A stretch of DNA of 64,000 nt, taken from NCBI RefSeq assembly GCF_047602075.1, contig NZ_JASGIF010000002.1, forward strand, positions 1,322,609-1,386,608, given 5' to 3'. The stretch comes from Nocardioides sp. GTDB lineage: Bacteria > Actinomycetota > Actinomycetes > Propionibacteriales > Nocardioidaceae. Below, piece by piece: positions 1 through 11,073 of this stretch. Position 1 is the first letter of the stretch. Each line of letters starts with the position of its first letter. The notes beneath the pieces are model-generated. The model was given only the letters and a program-made list of their open reading frames with translations, was not told the origin of the DNA and searched no databases. A program made the position numbers and the translations under genes.

Positions 1-747
1 ACGGAGCGAAGCAGTTCATCACCAACTCGGGCTCGGAGATCACCAGCGTGGTCACCGTGACGGCGCGGACCGGGGTGTCCGCGACCTCGACCGCCGGCAA
101 GGAGCGTCCCGAGATCAGTGCCATCCTGGTGCCTGCTGGCACGCCCGGCTTCGTCGCCGAGCCGGCCTACGACAAGCTCGGCTGGCACGCCTCGGACACC
201 CATCCGCTGACCTTCACCGACGTGCACGTGCCGGAGGCCAACCTGCTCGGCGAGCGCGGGCGCGGCTTCGCCCAGTTCCTCGCCATCCTCGACGACGGCC
301 GGGTCGCGATCGCCGCACTGGCCGTCGGCTGCCTGCAGGCCTGCCTCGACATGAGCGTGCAGTACGCCGGTGAGCGGGAGAAGCTTCGGCGTCCCGATCG
401 GACGCAAGCAGGGCCTCGCCTTCCAGATCGCCGACATGAAGGTGATGCTGGACGCCGCGCGGCTATTGACCTACCAGGCCGCCGCGATGCGTGATGCGAT
501 GGCCGATGGCCGCGGTCCCTCGCTGCAAGCGTTCAAGCAGGCTGCGGCGATCGCCAAGCTCTACGCCACCGAGTCGGCGGTCACCGCGACCCGGATCGCC
601 ACCCAGGTCTTCGGTGGCTACGGCTTCATGGAGGAGTATCCCGTCACGCGGTTCTACCGCGACGCCAAGGTCCTCGAGATCGGCGAAGGCACCTCGGAGG
701 TGCAGCGGATGCTGATCGCCCGCGGCCTGGGCCTCCCCGTCGAGTAG
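1..747 (+). CDS. Acyl-CoA dehydrogenase (5'-partial; +1 frameshift at ~381)
   Basis: Motifs GAKQFITNSG, KLGWHASDT, FGGYGFMEEYPV, EIGEGTSEVQR across ORFs 48..494 and 370..747. Removing one A at 381-382 joins them (GERESFGVPI). Confidence 0.9.
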
Positions 748-805
748 GGGAGGCCCAGCGCCGCGGGCGATGGGTGCTGCCCGGCCGCGATGACCTGGTG
801 GCTGG

Positions 806-1525
806 TTACAGGCCGAGGTCGATCTTCGCGTCGCCGCTGCCCCAGAAGTCCGAGACCACGAGGAATGAGCCCTTGACCGCGCTCTTCGGAAGGTCGAAGA
901 CGAGGGTGCCCTTCTTGGGCAGATCTGGCTGCATGTCCGCGAAGATGAGCGACTCACCACCATCGCCGATCACGGCGAAGGTGCCGTCGTCGTCGGTGGA
1001 GTAGGACTTGCCGTTGCCTGCGAGGACGGTGGCGTTGGAGCTGTCGAAGGTCTTGGTCTCGTCCTTGGTGTTTTCGATGGTCAGGTCCACAATGAGGAAG
1101 ACGCCGTCGGCCTCCTCTTGGGTGAACTCGTTGTCGCCGACAGTGGCAGCGGTGCGCACGCGAGTCACGGTGTACTTCGTTCCGGCGAGCTTCACGGTGT
1201 CGCCCACGGCGAAGGTCTCGTCATCGGAACCCTGGTCGTCGGAACCTTGGTCACCCGACCCCGTGTCCTTGCCCGTGTTGGCCTTGGTGCTGGACTCCGA
1301 TCCAGCCACCTTCTTAGCGCCGCCGTCGTCGCCTCCGCTCAACGCGGAAATGAGCGCGATCAAGACCACGAAGCCGATCGGGATGATGAATCGCTTCTTC
1401 TTGTACCAGGGGCGGGTGGCCTTGGCGTAGGCCTTGGCTGCCTTGGCGGCCGCCTTCGGGTCAACCCCGGGCTGGATGCCTGGCGGAGTGCCCGGCGGGG
1501 TGCCGGGGGGCATCTCACTCGTCAT
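806..1525 (-). CDS. DUF4352-like membrane-anchored protein
   Basis: PWYKKKRF motif, one TM helix, Ser/Gly/Asp linker, then a beta-rich domain (FLIVDLTIEN...LQPDLPKKGTLVFDLP). Confidence 0.75.
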   Translation of the reverse strand: MTSEMPPGTPPGTPPGIQPGVDPKAAAKAAKAYAKATRPWYKKKRFIIPIGFVVLIALISALSGGDDGGAKKVAGSESSTKANTGKDTGSGDQGSDDQGSDDETFAVGDTVKLAGTKYTVTRVRTAATVGDNEFTQEEADGVFLIVDLTIENTKDETKTFDSSNATVLAGNGKSYSTDDDGTFAVIGDGGESLIFADMQPDLPKKGTLVFDLPKSAVKGSFLVVSDFWGSGDAKIDLGL

Positions 1526-1714
1526 GGTGCTTACCTCTCAATGCTGTGAGCGAACGACCGGAGCATCTCATACTGGTATGGTCATTTGTGTGTTTCGATG
1601 CAAATCGTGATGAACGTGCTCGACACCACACGCTCTCCGGCGACGCAGGGTCGTCGGCACGACGGTCGGGAACATTCGGCGAGCACCCTCCTCGACCGCG
1701 TTAGCCTTCTCGTC

Positions 1715-2290
1715 ATGGCTGAGGGACGCTGGCATCGCCTGGTCGGCGAGGCGACCCGGTTCCTTGCTGTGGGCGGGGTGGCAACCCTGGTCGCGCTGTT
1801 CCTGTTCAACCTGCTGCTGCACGGCTTCTGGGTGATCAAGGAGCCACCGCTGGGGGATCACCCGCTGTGGGCCTACATCGTGGCCAACGCGGTGGGCATG
1901 GTGATCAGCTATCGGGGCACCCGGTCTTGGGCGTTCCGCCATCGCCGTACGGCGCATCCCGACGGCGGACGGACGGCGTTCGTGGTGATCAATCTCGTCA
2001 CCATGAGCATCCCGGTCGGCTTCTTGTGGGTCAGCCGGAACGTGCTGCACCAGACCGACCCGTTCTCGGACAACCTTGCCGCGAACGTCTTCGGGCTGGG
2101 TGCGGGGACGGCGGCGCGGTTCTATCTCTTCCGGACCTGGGTCTTCCGCCGTCCCGAGTTGGCCGGCGGGCCGCTGGACTTCACCGCGACCAGAGATGGA
2201 TCCACGAGCGACCCAGCTCAGCCAGCAGCTCCCGGACCAGCGGGAGACTCACCCCGACGACGTTGTGAGGATCGCCTTCGAGGCCGGTGA
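1715..2290 (+). CDS. GtrA family membrane protein
   Basis: RFLAVGGVATLV...SYRGTRSWAF...RFYLFRTWVF is the GtrA pattern. Start chosen at ATG 1715; the 3' end overlaps maf. Confidence 0.8.
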   Translation: MAEGRWHRLVGEATRFLAVGGVATLVALFLFNLLLHGFWVIKEPPLGDHPLWAYIVANAVGMVISYRGTRSWAFRHRRTAHPDGGRTAFVVINLVTMSIPVGFLWVSRNVLHQTDPFSDNLAANVFGLGAGTAARFYLFRTWVFRRPELAGGPLDFTATRDGSTSDPAQPAAPGPAGDSPRRRCEDRLRGR

Positions 2291-2780
2291 CGAACGGTCC
2301 GCCGAGCCCGTCGACGGTGAAGGCGCCGGCCACCTGCAACGGCTCACCCGTGGCGACGTAGGCAGCGATCTCCTCGTCGGTGATCTCGGCGAAGTTGACC
2401 ACGGTCGACGCCGTGGCCGCCGCCACCTGCCCGGTCGCGACATCGCGGAGCGAGTGACCGGTGTGCAGCACGCCCGAGCGACCGCTCATCCGCTGCCACC
2501 GTTGGCGAGCGTCCTCGGCATCGGCAGGCTTGCCGAGGGCCTCGCCGTCCAGCTCCAGGACCGAGTCGCAGCCGAGGACCACCGGGTCCGGAGGCAGGTC
2601 GGCGCGTCCCGCCACCGCCGCGCACTTCAGCTCCGCCAGCTGCAGGGCCAGCTCGGCCGGCGGCAGGTCGGTGATCTGGGACTCGTCGACGCCGGACACG
2701 ATCACCACCGGCTCGACGCCGGCGCTGCGCAGCGTGGACAGCCGGGCAGGCGAAGCCGAGGCCAGCACCAGTGTGGTCAT
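2181..2780 (-). CDS. maf: Maf family nucleoside triphosphate pyrophosphatase
   Basis: LVLASASPAR, GCDSV, KP, AGAF, NVVGVSL motifs. Confidence 0.93.
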   Translation of the reverse strand: MTTLVLASASPARLSTLRSAGVEPVVIVSGVDESQITDLPPAELALQLAELKCAAVAGRADLPPDPVVLGCDSVLELDGEALGKPADAEDARQRWQRMSGRSGVLHTGHSLRDVATGQVAAATASTVVNFAEITDEEIAAYVATGEPLQVAGAFTVDGLGGPFVTGLEGDPHNVVGVSLPLVRELLAELGRSWIHLWSR

Positions 2781-2790
2781 GGGCTGACCG

Positions 2791-4473
2791 TCACAGCCTG
2801 GCCAGTGCGGCCCGCAGCGGGTCGAGACCGAGCGAGCCGAGGTCGAGCGCGGCGCGGTGGAACGCCTTGAGGTCGAAGTCGGCGCCGTGACGCGCCTTCG
2901 CGTCGGCCCTGGCGTCCAGCCAGATCCGCTCGCCGACCTTGTACGACGGCGCCTGGCCCGGCCAGCCGAGGTAGCGCGCCACTTCGAAGCGGATGAAGGA
3001 GTCCTCCATCTGGCAGTGCTGACGCATGAACTCCAAGCCCAGGGCCGGTGTCCAGGTCTCGCCGGGGTGGAAGCCGAACGGGTTGTCAGTGGGGATGGTC
3101 AGCTCCAGGTGCATGCCGATGTCGACGACCACCCGCGCCGCCCGGAAGGCCTGCCCGTCGAGCATGCCGAGGCGGTCGGCCGGGTCGGCGAGGTAGCCGA
3201 GCTCGTCCATCAGCCGCTCGGCGTACAGCGCCCAGCCCTCGCCGTGCCCGCTGACCCAGCAGAGCAGACGCTGCCAGCGGTTCAGCAGGTCGGCTCGGTA
3301 GGCGGTCTGGGCGACCTGGAGGTGATGACCGGGGACGCCCTCGTGATAGACGGTGGTGACCTCCCGCCACGGCGAGAACGAGGTCACGTCGTCGGGCACC
3401 GACCACCACATCCGACCGGGTCGGTTGAAGTCCTCCGACGGCCCGGTGTAGTAGATCCCGCCGTCGTTCGTCGGCGCCAGGCAGCACTCGATCCGCCGGA
3501 TCGGGTCGGGGATGTCGAAGTGGACGCCGGCCATCTCTTCGATGGTGGCGTCGGCGAGCTCCTGCATCCAGTCTCGGAAGGCCGCCTTGTCGGGGATCCT
3601 GCGGGCCGGGTCGGCATCCAGCGCCACCACCGCCTCCGCGACGCTGGCACCCGGGGCGATCCGCTGGGCGGTGGCGGCCATGTCGTCCTCCAACCGCTTG
3701 AGCTCCTCCCAGCCCCAGGCGTAGGTCTCCCCCAAGTCGATGGTCGCCCCGAGGAAGTAGCGGGACGCCAGCGCGTAGTGCTCGCGCCCCACGGCCTCCT
3801 TCTCGCGGCCCTTCGGCGCGAGCTCCCGGGTGAGGAACTCGCCGAATCCGGCCACGGCGCGGCTGGCCCCGGCGGCGTGCCCGGCGAGCTGGGCGCGCAA
3901 GGAGTCGCTGACCTCCGCCCCCGCGACGAGCTGGGCGAAGAGGTCGCCACTCTCGCCGGACTGCCCGGTCCAGTTCTGAGTCTGGGTGGCGACCTCGGCG
4001 TACTGTCGCCGCGCCACGACTCGGCCCTGGGCGGCCTCCTGCGCCAGCGTGCGCTGGTAGGCCTCGATCGCTTCGGGGATCGCGGCCAGGCGGGCGTCGA
4101 TGTTGCTCCACGCCTCCTCGCCCTCGGTGGGCATCAGGTCGAAGGCTTCCCGGATGCCGTGGACCGCGCTCCCGATCACGCTCAGCTGACTGCGGCTGTA
4201 GCCGGCCTCGTCCATCTCTCGCTGCAGCCCGAGCCGCTCGCAGAACGCCTCCCGCGCCACCGCCTCCCGCTCGTCGGTCGGTGTGGCGGCCTCGGCCGCC
4301 GCTAGCGCCCTGGCGACCAGCTCCTCTCGGGCCGCGAAGCCGTCGGGGGAGAGATCGGGCAGCTCGTGGTCGTGGCCGGCGATCCCGGCGTACGTCGCCT
4401 CGAGCGGGTCGAGCGCCACCGACTCCTCGACGAACCGATCGGCAATGGCATCCACAGGTCGCTCGCTGCTCAC
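2791..4473 (-). CDS. DUF885 family protein
   Basis: YHEGVPGHHLQ, GEGWALYAE, PGQAPSYKVG motifs. Start trimmed to GTG 4473 because the ORF extension runs through a repeat element. Confidence 0.9.
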   Translation of the reverse strand: MSSERPVDAIADRFVEESVALDPLEATYAGIAGHDHELPDLSPDGFAAREELVARALAAAEAATPTDEREAVAREAFCERLGLQREMDEAGYSRSQLSVIGSAVHGIREAFDLMPTEGEEAWSNIDARLAAIPEAIEAYQRTLAQEAAQGRVVARRQYAEVATQTQNWTGQSGESGDLFAQLVAGAEVSDSLRAQLAGHAAGASRAVAGFGEFLTRELAPKGREKEAVGREHYALASRYFLGATIDLGETYAWGWEELKRLEDDMAATAQRIAPGASVAEAVVALDADPARRIPDKAAFRDWMQELADATIEEMAGVHFDIPDPIRRIECCLAPTNDGGIYYTGPSEDFNRPGRMWWSVPDDVTSFSPWREVTTVYHEGVPGHHLQVAQTAYRADLLNRWQRLLCWVSGHGEGWALYAERLMDELGYLADPADRLGMLDGQAFRAARVVVDIGMHLELTIPTDNPFGFHPGETWTPALGLEFMRQHCQMEDSFIRFEVARYLGWPGQAPSYKVGERIWLDARADAKARHGADFDLKAFHRAALDLGSLGLDPLRAALARL

Positions 4474-4492
4474 CCGGCCGACCCTATCCCTC

Positions 4493-4633
4493 GTCTGCCG
4501 CGGTCTTCTTGCGTCTGGCGCGGTCTTGTCGTGGCAAAGTGCCCTGTATTCCGGGCCCTCAGCCACCACAGCACCGCGGCAGATGGGCCGGGGCCACCAC
4601 AGCACCGCGGCAGATGGGCCGGGGCCACCACAG
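4493..4633 (-). repeat. REP/BIME-like palindromic dispersed repeat, copy 1 (with 2.3 x 31-bp tandem left module)
   Basis: Reverse complement matches copies at 20474, 39479 and 59724. Tandem unit GCCACCACAGCACCGCGGCAGATGGGCCGGG at 4562-4592, 4593-4623 and partial 4624-4633. Confidence 0.9.
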
Positions 4634-4642
4634 AGCCAGACC

Positions 4643-4890
4643 TCAGCGGGGCAGCCCCGAGGAGCGCCAGCCGCCGGGACCGCTGGAGTAGCGCACCCGG
4701 ACGGCGCGGTGGGGCGAGGCCCACTCCGAGCGCTGGGTCGGTCTCGGCTTGCCCTGGCTGGACCCGAGGGCCGCGAAGACCGCCGTCAGCGCGGCGATCT
4801 CCTCCGGGGTCGCGTCGGGGTTGATCACCCGCAGGACGGGGCGCCCGACCGGGTCGGCCCCGTCGTGCAGAGGACCCTGCGCGTCGTCAG

Positions 4891-4894
<4 letters not shown>
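4643..4894 (-). CDS. Acyl-CoA carboxylase epsilon subunit
   Basis: [19 protein letters not shown]...SEW...WR pattern; GTGA overlap with the beta-subunit stop. Confidence 0.85.
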
Positions 4895-6498
<1,604 letters not shown>

Positions 6499-6551
6499 GC
6501 GGTGGCCTCCTCGGGTTTCGCTCGACCCATCTGATTGCTGACACTAGTCCC

Positions 6552-7358
6552 ATGACCCCTTCCACCCCGCCGCGCCCACCCCTCGACACCGACGCCCTGC
6601 GCGGCCTGGCCGGCGGACGGGTGAGGTACGACGTCACGGTGGTCGAGGCGACCCCGTCGACCAACGCGTTGGCCGCTGAGATGGCCCACAGCGGTGCGGG
6701 GGAGGGCACGGTCGTCGTCGCGGAGCACCAGACCGCTGGTCGGGGCCGCCTCGACCGGGTCTGGGAGACGCCGGCCCGGACGGCGATCACGGTGTCCGTC
6801 GTGTTTCGGCCCGAGGTGCCGCCGGCACGATGGCCCTGGCTGCCCCTGTTGGTCGGGGTCGCGGTGGCGCGCACGCTGCGCGAGGCCAGTGTCCCAGCGC
6901 AACTCAAGTGGCCCAACGACGTGTTGGTGCACGGCCGCAAGATCGCGGGGATCCTGGTCGAGCTGGTCCACACCCCGACCGGGCCGGCTGCGATCGCCGG
7001 GGTCGGGCTGAATGTCGCGATGACCGCCGACGAGGTCCCACTCAGCAGCGCGACCTCGCTGCTGCTCGAGAGCGTGGAGGTCGATCGCACCGGTCTGTTG
7101 TCCACCCTCCTGCAGGTGCTGGGGGCCACCTACACCGGGTGGCTCGCCGACCCGGCCAGACTGCGAGATGCCTACCTCGACCTGTGCATCACGGTGCCGG
7201 ACCGGCCGGTTCGGGCGGACCTGCCGAACGGCACCGCCATCACCGGCAGCGCCCGCACGGTCGACGAGTCCGGCGGCCTGGTCGTGGCCACCGACGACGG
7301 GGACGTGACGGTCAACGCCGGCGACGTGGTGCATCTTCGCCCCCTGGCCGAAGGGTGA
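6552..7358 (+). CDS. birA: Biotin--acetyl-CoA-carboxylase ligase
   Basis: STN, QTAGRGRLDRVW, KWPND, KIAGIL, GDVVHLR. Confidence 0.95.
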   Translation: MTPSTPPRPPLDTDALRGLAGGRVRYDVTVVEATPSTNALAAEMAHSGAGEGTVVVAEHQTAGRGRLDRVWETPARTAITVSVVFRPEVPPARWPWLPLLVGVAVARTLREASVPAQLKWPNDVLVHGRKIAGILVELVHTPTGPAAIAGVGLNVAMTADEVPLSSATSLLLESVEVDRTGLLSTLLQVLGATYTGWLADPARLRDAYLDLCITVPDRPVRADLPNGTAITGSARTVDESGGLVVATDDGDVTVNAGDVVHLRPLAEG

Positions 7359-7370
7359 GAGGATCTGCCC

Positions 7371-7874
7371 GTGGCCATCAACCCGAAGATCCTCAACGAG
7401 GGCGAGCACGTCATCATCAGCACTCGCACTCACCCCAAGGCGCTCATCGTCCCGGGCCTGATCCTCCTGCTGATCCTCGTGGTGGCGATCTTCTCCGACC
7501 GGACCTTCGTGGGGGGTGCCTTCTCCTGGGGGATGTGGGTTGTCGCGGTCGGCCTGATCCTCTGGCTGTCCGTCTGGCCTCTGCTGGAGTGGCTGTCGGC
7601 GTCCTACACCATCACCAACCGTCGGCTGATCACCAGGCGGGGTGTGCTGGTCCGGCGGGGGCATGACATCCCGCTGAGCCGGATCAGCGACGTGGCCTAC
7701 GAGTTGGGCGTCGTGGACCGGATGCTCGGGTGCGGCACCTTGATCATCAGCGACGCGAGCACGCTCGGTCGGGTGCCGCTGCACGACATCCCGCACGTCG
7801 AGGAGACCCAGCGCCGCCTCAACGACCTGCTGCACGATCTCGGTGAGTCCCCCAGGGCAGATGACGGAAGTTGA
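7371..7874 (+). CDS. Bacterial PH-domain membrane protein
   Basis: Two TM helices, then YTITNRRLITRRG...IPLSRISDV...GCGTL; conserved position after birA. Confidence 0.85.
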   Translation: MAINPKILNEGEHVIISTRTHPKALIVPGLILLLILVVAIFSDRTFVGGAFSWGMWVVAVGLILWLSVWPLLEWLSASYTITNRRLITRRGVLVRRGHDIPLSRISDVAYELGVVDRMLGCGTLIISDASTLGRVPLHDIPHVEETQRRLNDLLHDLGESPRADDGS

Positions 7875-8829
7875 GCCACGGTCGGACGTCCTTCGCGACA
7901 ACGCTGAGTACGACGCCCATCAGGTGGCCGACCTAGCCGGGGTGGACGTCGAGCAGTCTCGCCGGCTGTGGCGGGCGCTCGGCTTCCCCACCTACCGCTC
8001 CGAGGTGGCCTTCACCCGAGCAGACGTCGAGGCCCTCCGTCGGGTGAGCGACCTGATCGAGGCCGGCGTACTGGACCTTGAGACCGCCCTCAACCTGGGT
8101 CGCGCCCTAGGCCAGACCATGGCTCGGCTGGCCGACTGGGAGGTGGGCACGCTGACCGACCACGTGGACCTCGCGGAGGAGGACCAGACACCGACGAGCC
8201 GGGCAGCCGCCGCGCTGGCGGTGGTCGAGGAGGTCAACCCGGCCTTCGAGGACCTGCTGATCTACGTCTGGCGGCGACACCTGGCCGCTGCCACGGAGCG
8301 CGTCCGCGCCACCTTGGGTGGGACGGAGGAGGACGTCGACACCGTCGAGGTCACCGTCGGATTCGCCGACCTGGTGGCGTTCACGGCGCTCTCCAACCGG
8401 CTCGACAAGGACCGCATCGGCGATCTGGTCGAGGTCTTCGAGTCCCGCTGCGCGGACGTGGTGGCCGCACAGGGTGGCCGAGTGGTGAAGAGCATCGGGG
8501 ACTCCGTGCTCTTCTTGCACGATGACCCGCGCGAGGCGCTCGCCATCGCCAGCGGGATCATCCAGCTGGTCGGCCGGGACAAGCGACTCCCCGATGTCCG
8601 GGTCGGCCTGGCCACCGGCCCGGTCGTCACCCGGCTCGGGGATGTCTTCGGCCCGCCGGTGAACCTGGCGGCCCGGCTGACTGCCGTGGCCCGTCGCAAT
8701 CGGGTGATCGTGGACGAGGCGACCGCCGAGCAACTGCCCCGGGAGGAGTACCAGATCCGGCGGCTGCCCGCGCGCCCCGTGCGCGGCTTCGGGGTGATCG
8801 AGCCGCTGACGGCACGACCCTTGACCTGA
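7861..8829 (+). CDS. Class III adenylate/guanylate cyclase with N-terminal regulatory domain
   Basis: VGFADLVAFT, VKSIGDSV, DVFGPPVNLAARL. Confidence 0.92.
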   Translation: MTEVEPRSDVLRDNAEYDAHQVADLAGVDVEQSRRLWRALGFPTYRSEVAFTRADVEALRRVSDLIEAGVLDLETALNLGRALGQTMARLADWEVGTLTDHVDLAEEDQTPTSRAAAALAVVEEVNPAFEDLLIYVWRRHLAAATERVRATLGGTEEDVDTVEVTVGFADLVAFTALSNRLDKDRIGDLVEVFESRCADVVAAQGGRVVKSIGDSVLFLHDDPREALAIASGIIQLVGRDKRLPDVRVGLATGPVVTRLGDVFGPPVNLAARLTAVARRNRVIVDEATAEQLPREEYQIRRLPARPVRGFGVIEPLTARPLT

Positions 8830-8872
8830 CCAGGTGCGATGGCATCGTGACATGGGATGGTGACCGGGCTGA

Positions 8873-8897
8873 CCATTTCGGGCCATTTTTCGCCATT
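8873..8897 (+). promoter_or_regulatory. Three CCATT direct repeats at 10-bp period (candidate OmpR-type binding site)
   Basis: CCATT at 8873, 8883 and 8893, just upstream of a winged-helix regulator. Confidence 0.4.
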
Positions 8898-8936
8898 CCG
8901 GTCACGCTGCGCGCCGGTTCTTCCTACGGTGTTCGC

Positions 8937-9263
8937 GTGTACTCAGTTCAAGACGTGCGGGTCGATCCCGTCAGCCGCCGCGCGTGGCGTGGGCAGCGCG
9001 AGATCGTGCTGTCGCGCAAGGAGTTCGACCTGGTCGAGGCGCTGATCTCCAGGCCTGGTCAGGTCGTCACCCGTGACCAGCTGATGCGCGAGGTGTGGCA
9101 CACCAACTTCTGGACCTCGTCCAAGACCATCGACGTGCACCTCGGCTGGGTCCGCCGCAAGCTCGGCGACGACACCCGCAACCCCAGCTTGATCACCACC
9201 ATCCGCGGGCAGGGACTGCGGTTCGAGAGCGCCCAGGCCGGCGAGCACCGCTCCGCCGGCTGA
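8937..9263 (+). CDS. Stand-alone OmpR-family winged-helix (Trans_reg_C) protein
   Basis: LSRKEFDLVEAL...VVTRDQLMREVW...IDVHLGWVRRKLGD...ITTIRGQGLRF; no receiver domain. Confidence 0.85.
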   Translation: MYSVQDVRVDPVSRRAWRGQREIVLSRKEFDLVEALISRPGQVVTRDQLMREVWHTNFWTSSKTIDVHLGWVRRKLGDDTRNPSLITTIRGQGLRFESAQAGEHRSAG

Positions 9264-9315
9264 CCGCCGACCACCCGGCGGATCACGCCGACCCGATCTC
9301 ATAGGCTCTTGGCCC

Positions 9316-10485
9316 GTGACCCAGGCCGCCTCCTCGATCCCGCCCCGGCTCGCCGTCATCGGGGGTGGCCAGCTGGCCAGGATGATGGCCGAGCCGGCCA
9401 ACGCACTCGGATTGCCGCTGCGGCTGCTGGCCGAGGCCGAGGGCGTCTCGGCCGCCCAGGTGATCCCCGACCATCTGGTCGGTGACTACCGCGATCTGGC
9501 GACGCTGCAGCGGGTGACCGAGGGTTGCGCGGTCGTCACGTTCGACCACGAACACGTCCCAACCGAGCACCTGCACGCCCTGGCGGCTGCCGGGCACGCC
9601 GTCCGACCGGGTCCCGAGGCCTTGGTGCACGCCCAGGACAAGGCCGTGATGCGACAGGCCTTGTCCCGGCTGGGGCTGCCTTGTCCTCGGCACAGCGTCG
9701 TCGAGTCCGCGCGTGACGTCGTGGCCTTCGGGTTCCCGTGTGTGGTGAAGACGACCCGCGGGGGGTACGACGGCAAGGGGGTCTGGGTGGTCCGCTCCGA
9801 GGAAGAGTGCGCCGAGCCCTTCGCGACGGCGGAGCGGGCCGCCGTCCAGCTGCTCGCCGAGGAGCTGGTCGACTTTCGTCGCGAGCTGTCGGCGCTGGTG
9901 GCCCGGTCGCCGAGCGGCCAGGCGGCGGCGTACCCCGTCGTGGAGAGCACCCAGGTCGACGGCATCTGTCGTGAGGTGGTGGCGCCGGCCCCCGATCTCG
10001 CTCCCGATCTGGCGGCGCAGGCACAACAGATCGCGCTGACCGTGGCTGGCGCGTTGGATGTGACCGGGATCCTCGCCGTGGAGCTCTTCGAGACCACCGA
10101 TGGGCGGATCCTCGTCAACGAGCTGGCCATGCGCCCGCACAACACCGGCCACTGGACCCAGGACGGTGCGATCACCTCCCAGTTCGAGAACCACCTTCGG
10201 GCGGTCCTCGACCTGCCGCTGGGCGCACCGCACCCGCGGGCGCCGTGGACGGTGATGGTCAACATCCTCGGCGGGCCGAGCGACGCCGGTCCGCTGTGGA
10301 GCGGCTACCCCCATGCGCTGGCCCGAGACCCACAGCTGCGGGTGCACCTCTACGGCAAGGAGCTTCGGCCGGGTCGCAAGGTCGGGCATGTGAACGCCTA
10401 TGGTGAGGACCTGGCCGACTGTCTGGAGCGAGCGCGCCACGCCGCCGCGTGGTTCGCCGGTGAGTTGGGAGACCACAGTGAGTGA
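9316..10485 (+). CDS. purK: N5-carboxyaminoimidazole ribonucleotide synthase
   Basis: [39 protein letters not shown]. Confidence 0.96.
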   Translation: MTQAASSIPPRLAVIGGGQLARMMAEPANALGLPLRLLAEAEGVSAAQVIPDHLVGDYRDLATLQRVTEGCAVVTFDHEHVPTEHLHALAAAGHAVRPGPEALVHAQDKAVMRQALSRLGLPCPRHSVVESARDVVAFGFPCVVKTTRGGYDGKGVWVVRSEEECAEPFATAERAAVQLLAEELVDFRRELSALVARSPSGQAAAYPVVESTQVDGICREVVAPAPDLAPDLAAQAQQIALTVAGALDVTGILAVELFETTDGRILVNELAMRPHNTGHWTQDGAITSQFENHLRAVLDLPLGAPHPRAPWTVMVNILGGPSDAGPLWSGYPHALARDPQLRVHLYGKELRPGRKVGHVNAYGEDLADCLERARHAAAWFAGELGDHSE

Positions 10486-11032
10486 GCTCGAAGCACCCGA
10501 GGCGAGCCGGCAGGCTGGCCCTCGGGTCGGCATCGTGATGGGGTCCGACTCCGACTGGCCGGTGCTGAAGGAGGCCGCCGCGGCGCTGGAGGAGTTCTCC
10601 GTTCCGTTCGAGGCCGACGTGGTCTCCGCGCATCGGATGCCCGAGGAGATGATCGCCTACGGCAAGCAGGCTGCTTGCCGCGGGCTGTCGGTGATCATCG
10701 CAGGCGCAGGTGGGGCCGCGCACTTGCCGGGGATGCTTGCCGCGGTCACCCCACTGCCGGTGATCGGCGTGCCGGTTCCGCTCAAGCACCTCGACGGCCT
10801 GGACTCCTTGCTGTCGATCGTGCAGATGCCCTCGGGGGTCCCGGTCGCCACCGTGGCCGTCGGCAATGCCCGCAACGCCGGCCTGCTCGCGGTGCGCATC
10901 CTCGCGGCGACCGACGCCGACCTCCAACAGCAGATGGTCGACTTCCAAGCGACGTTGAAGCAGACGGCCCAGGCCAAGGGTGAGGCCGTACGCCGCGCCG
11001 CGTCGTCCGCTCCCCGGATCGGCTTCGCGTGA
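10478..11032 (+). CDS. purE: N5-CAIR mutase
   Basis: [32 protein letters not shown]. Confidence 0.96.
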   Translation: MSELEAPEASRQAGPRVGIVMGSDSDWPVLKEAAAALEEFSVPFEADVVSAHRMPEEMIAYGKQAACRGLSVIIAGAGGAAHLPGMLAAVTPLPVIGVPVPLKHLDGLDSLLSIVQMPSGVPVATVAVGNARNAGLLAVRILAATDADLQQQMVDFQATLKQTAQAKGEAVRRAASSAPRIGFA

Positions 11033-11073
11033 TGAGGAAGGAGCCGAGCTCGCGTCTTCCGCGTCATACCTCC

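Noticed and set aside
370-390. Programmed ribosomal frameshifting at the two AAGC sites
   Set aside because: No slippery heptamer or stimulatory structure, and these enzyme families are not known to be recoded.
2181-2290. 110-bp convergent overlap of the GtrA gene and maf
   Set aside because: The GtrA tail in the overlap is low-complexity; late stops are common in high-GC genomes.
4562-4633. 31-bp direct repeats as a CRISPR array
   Set aside because: The units are head-to-tail with no spacers, there are no cas genes, and they are part of the dispersed repeat.
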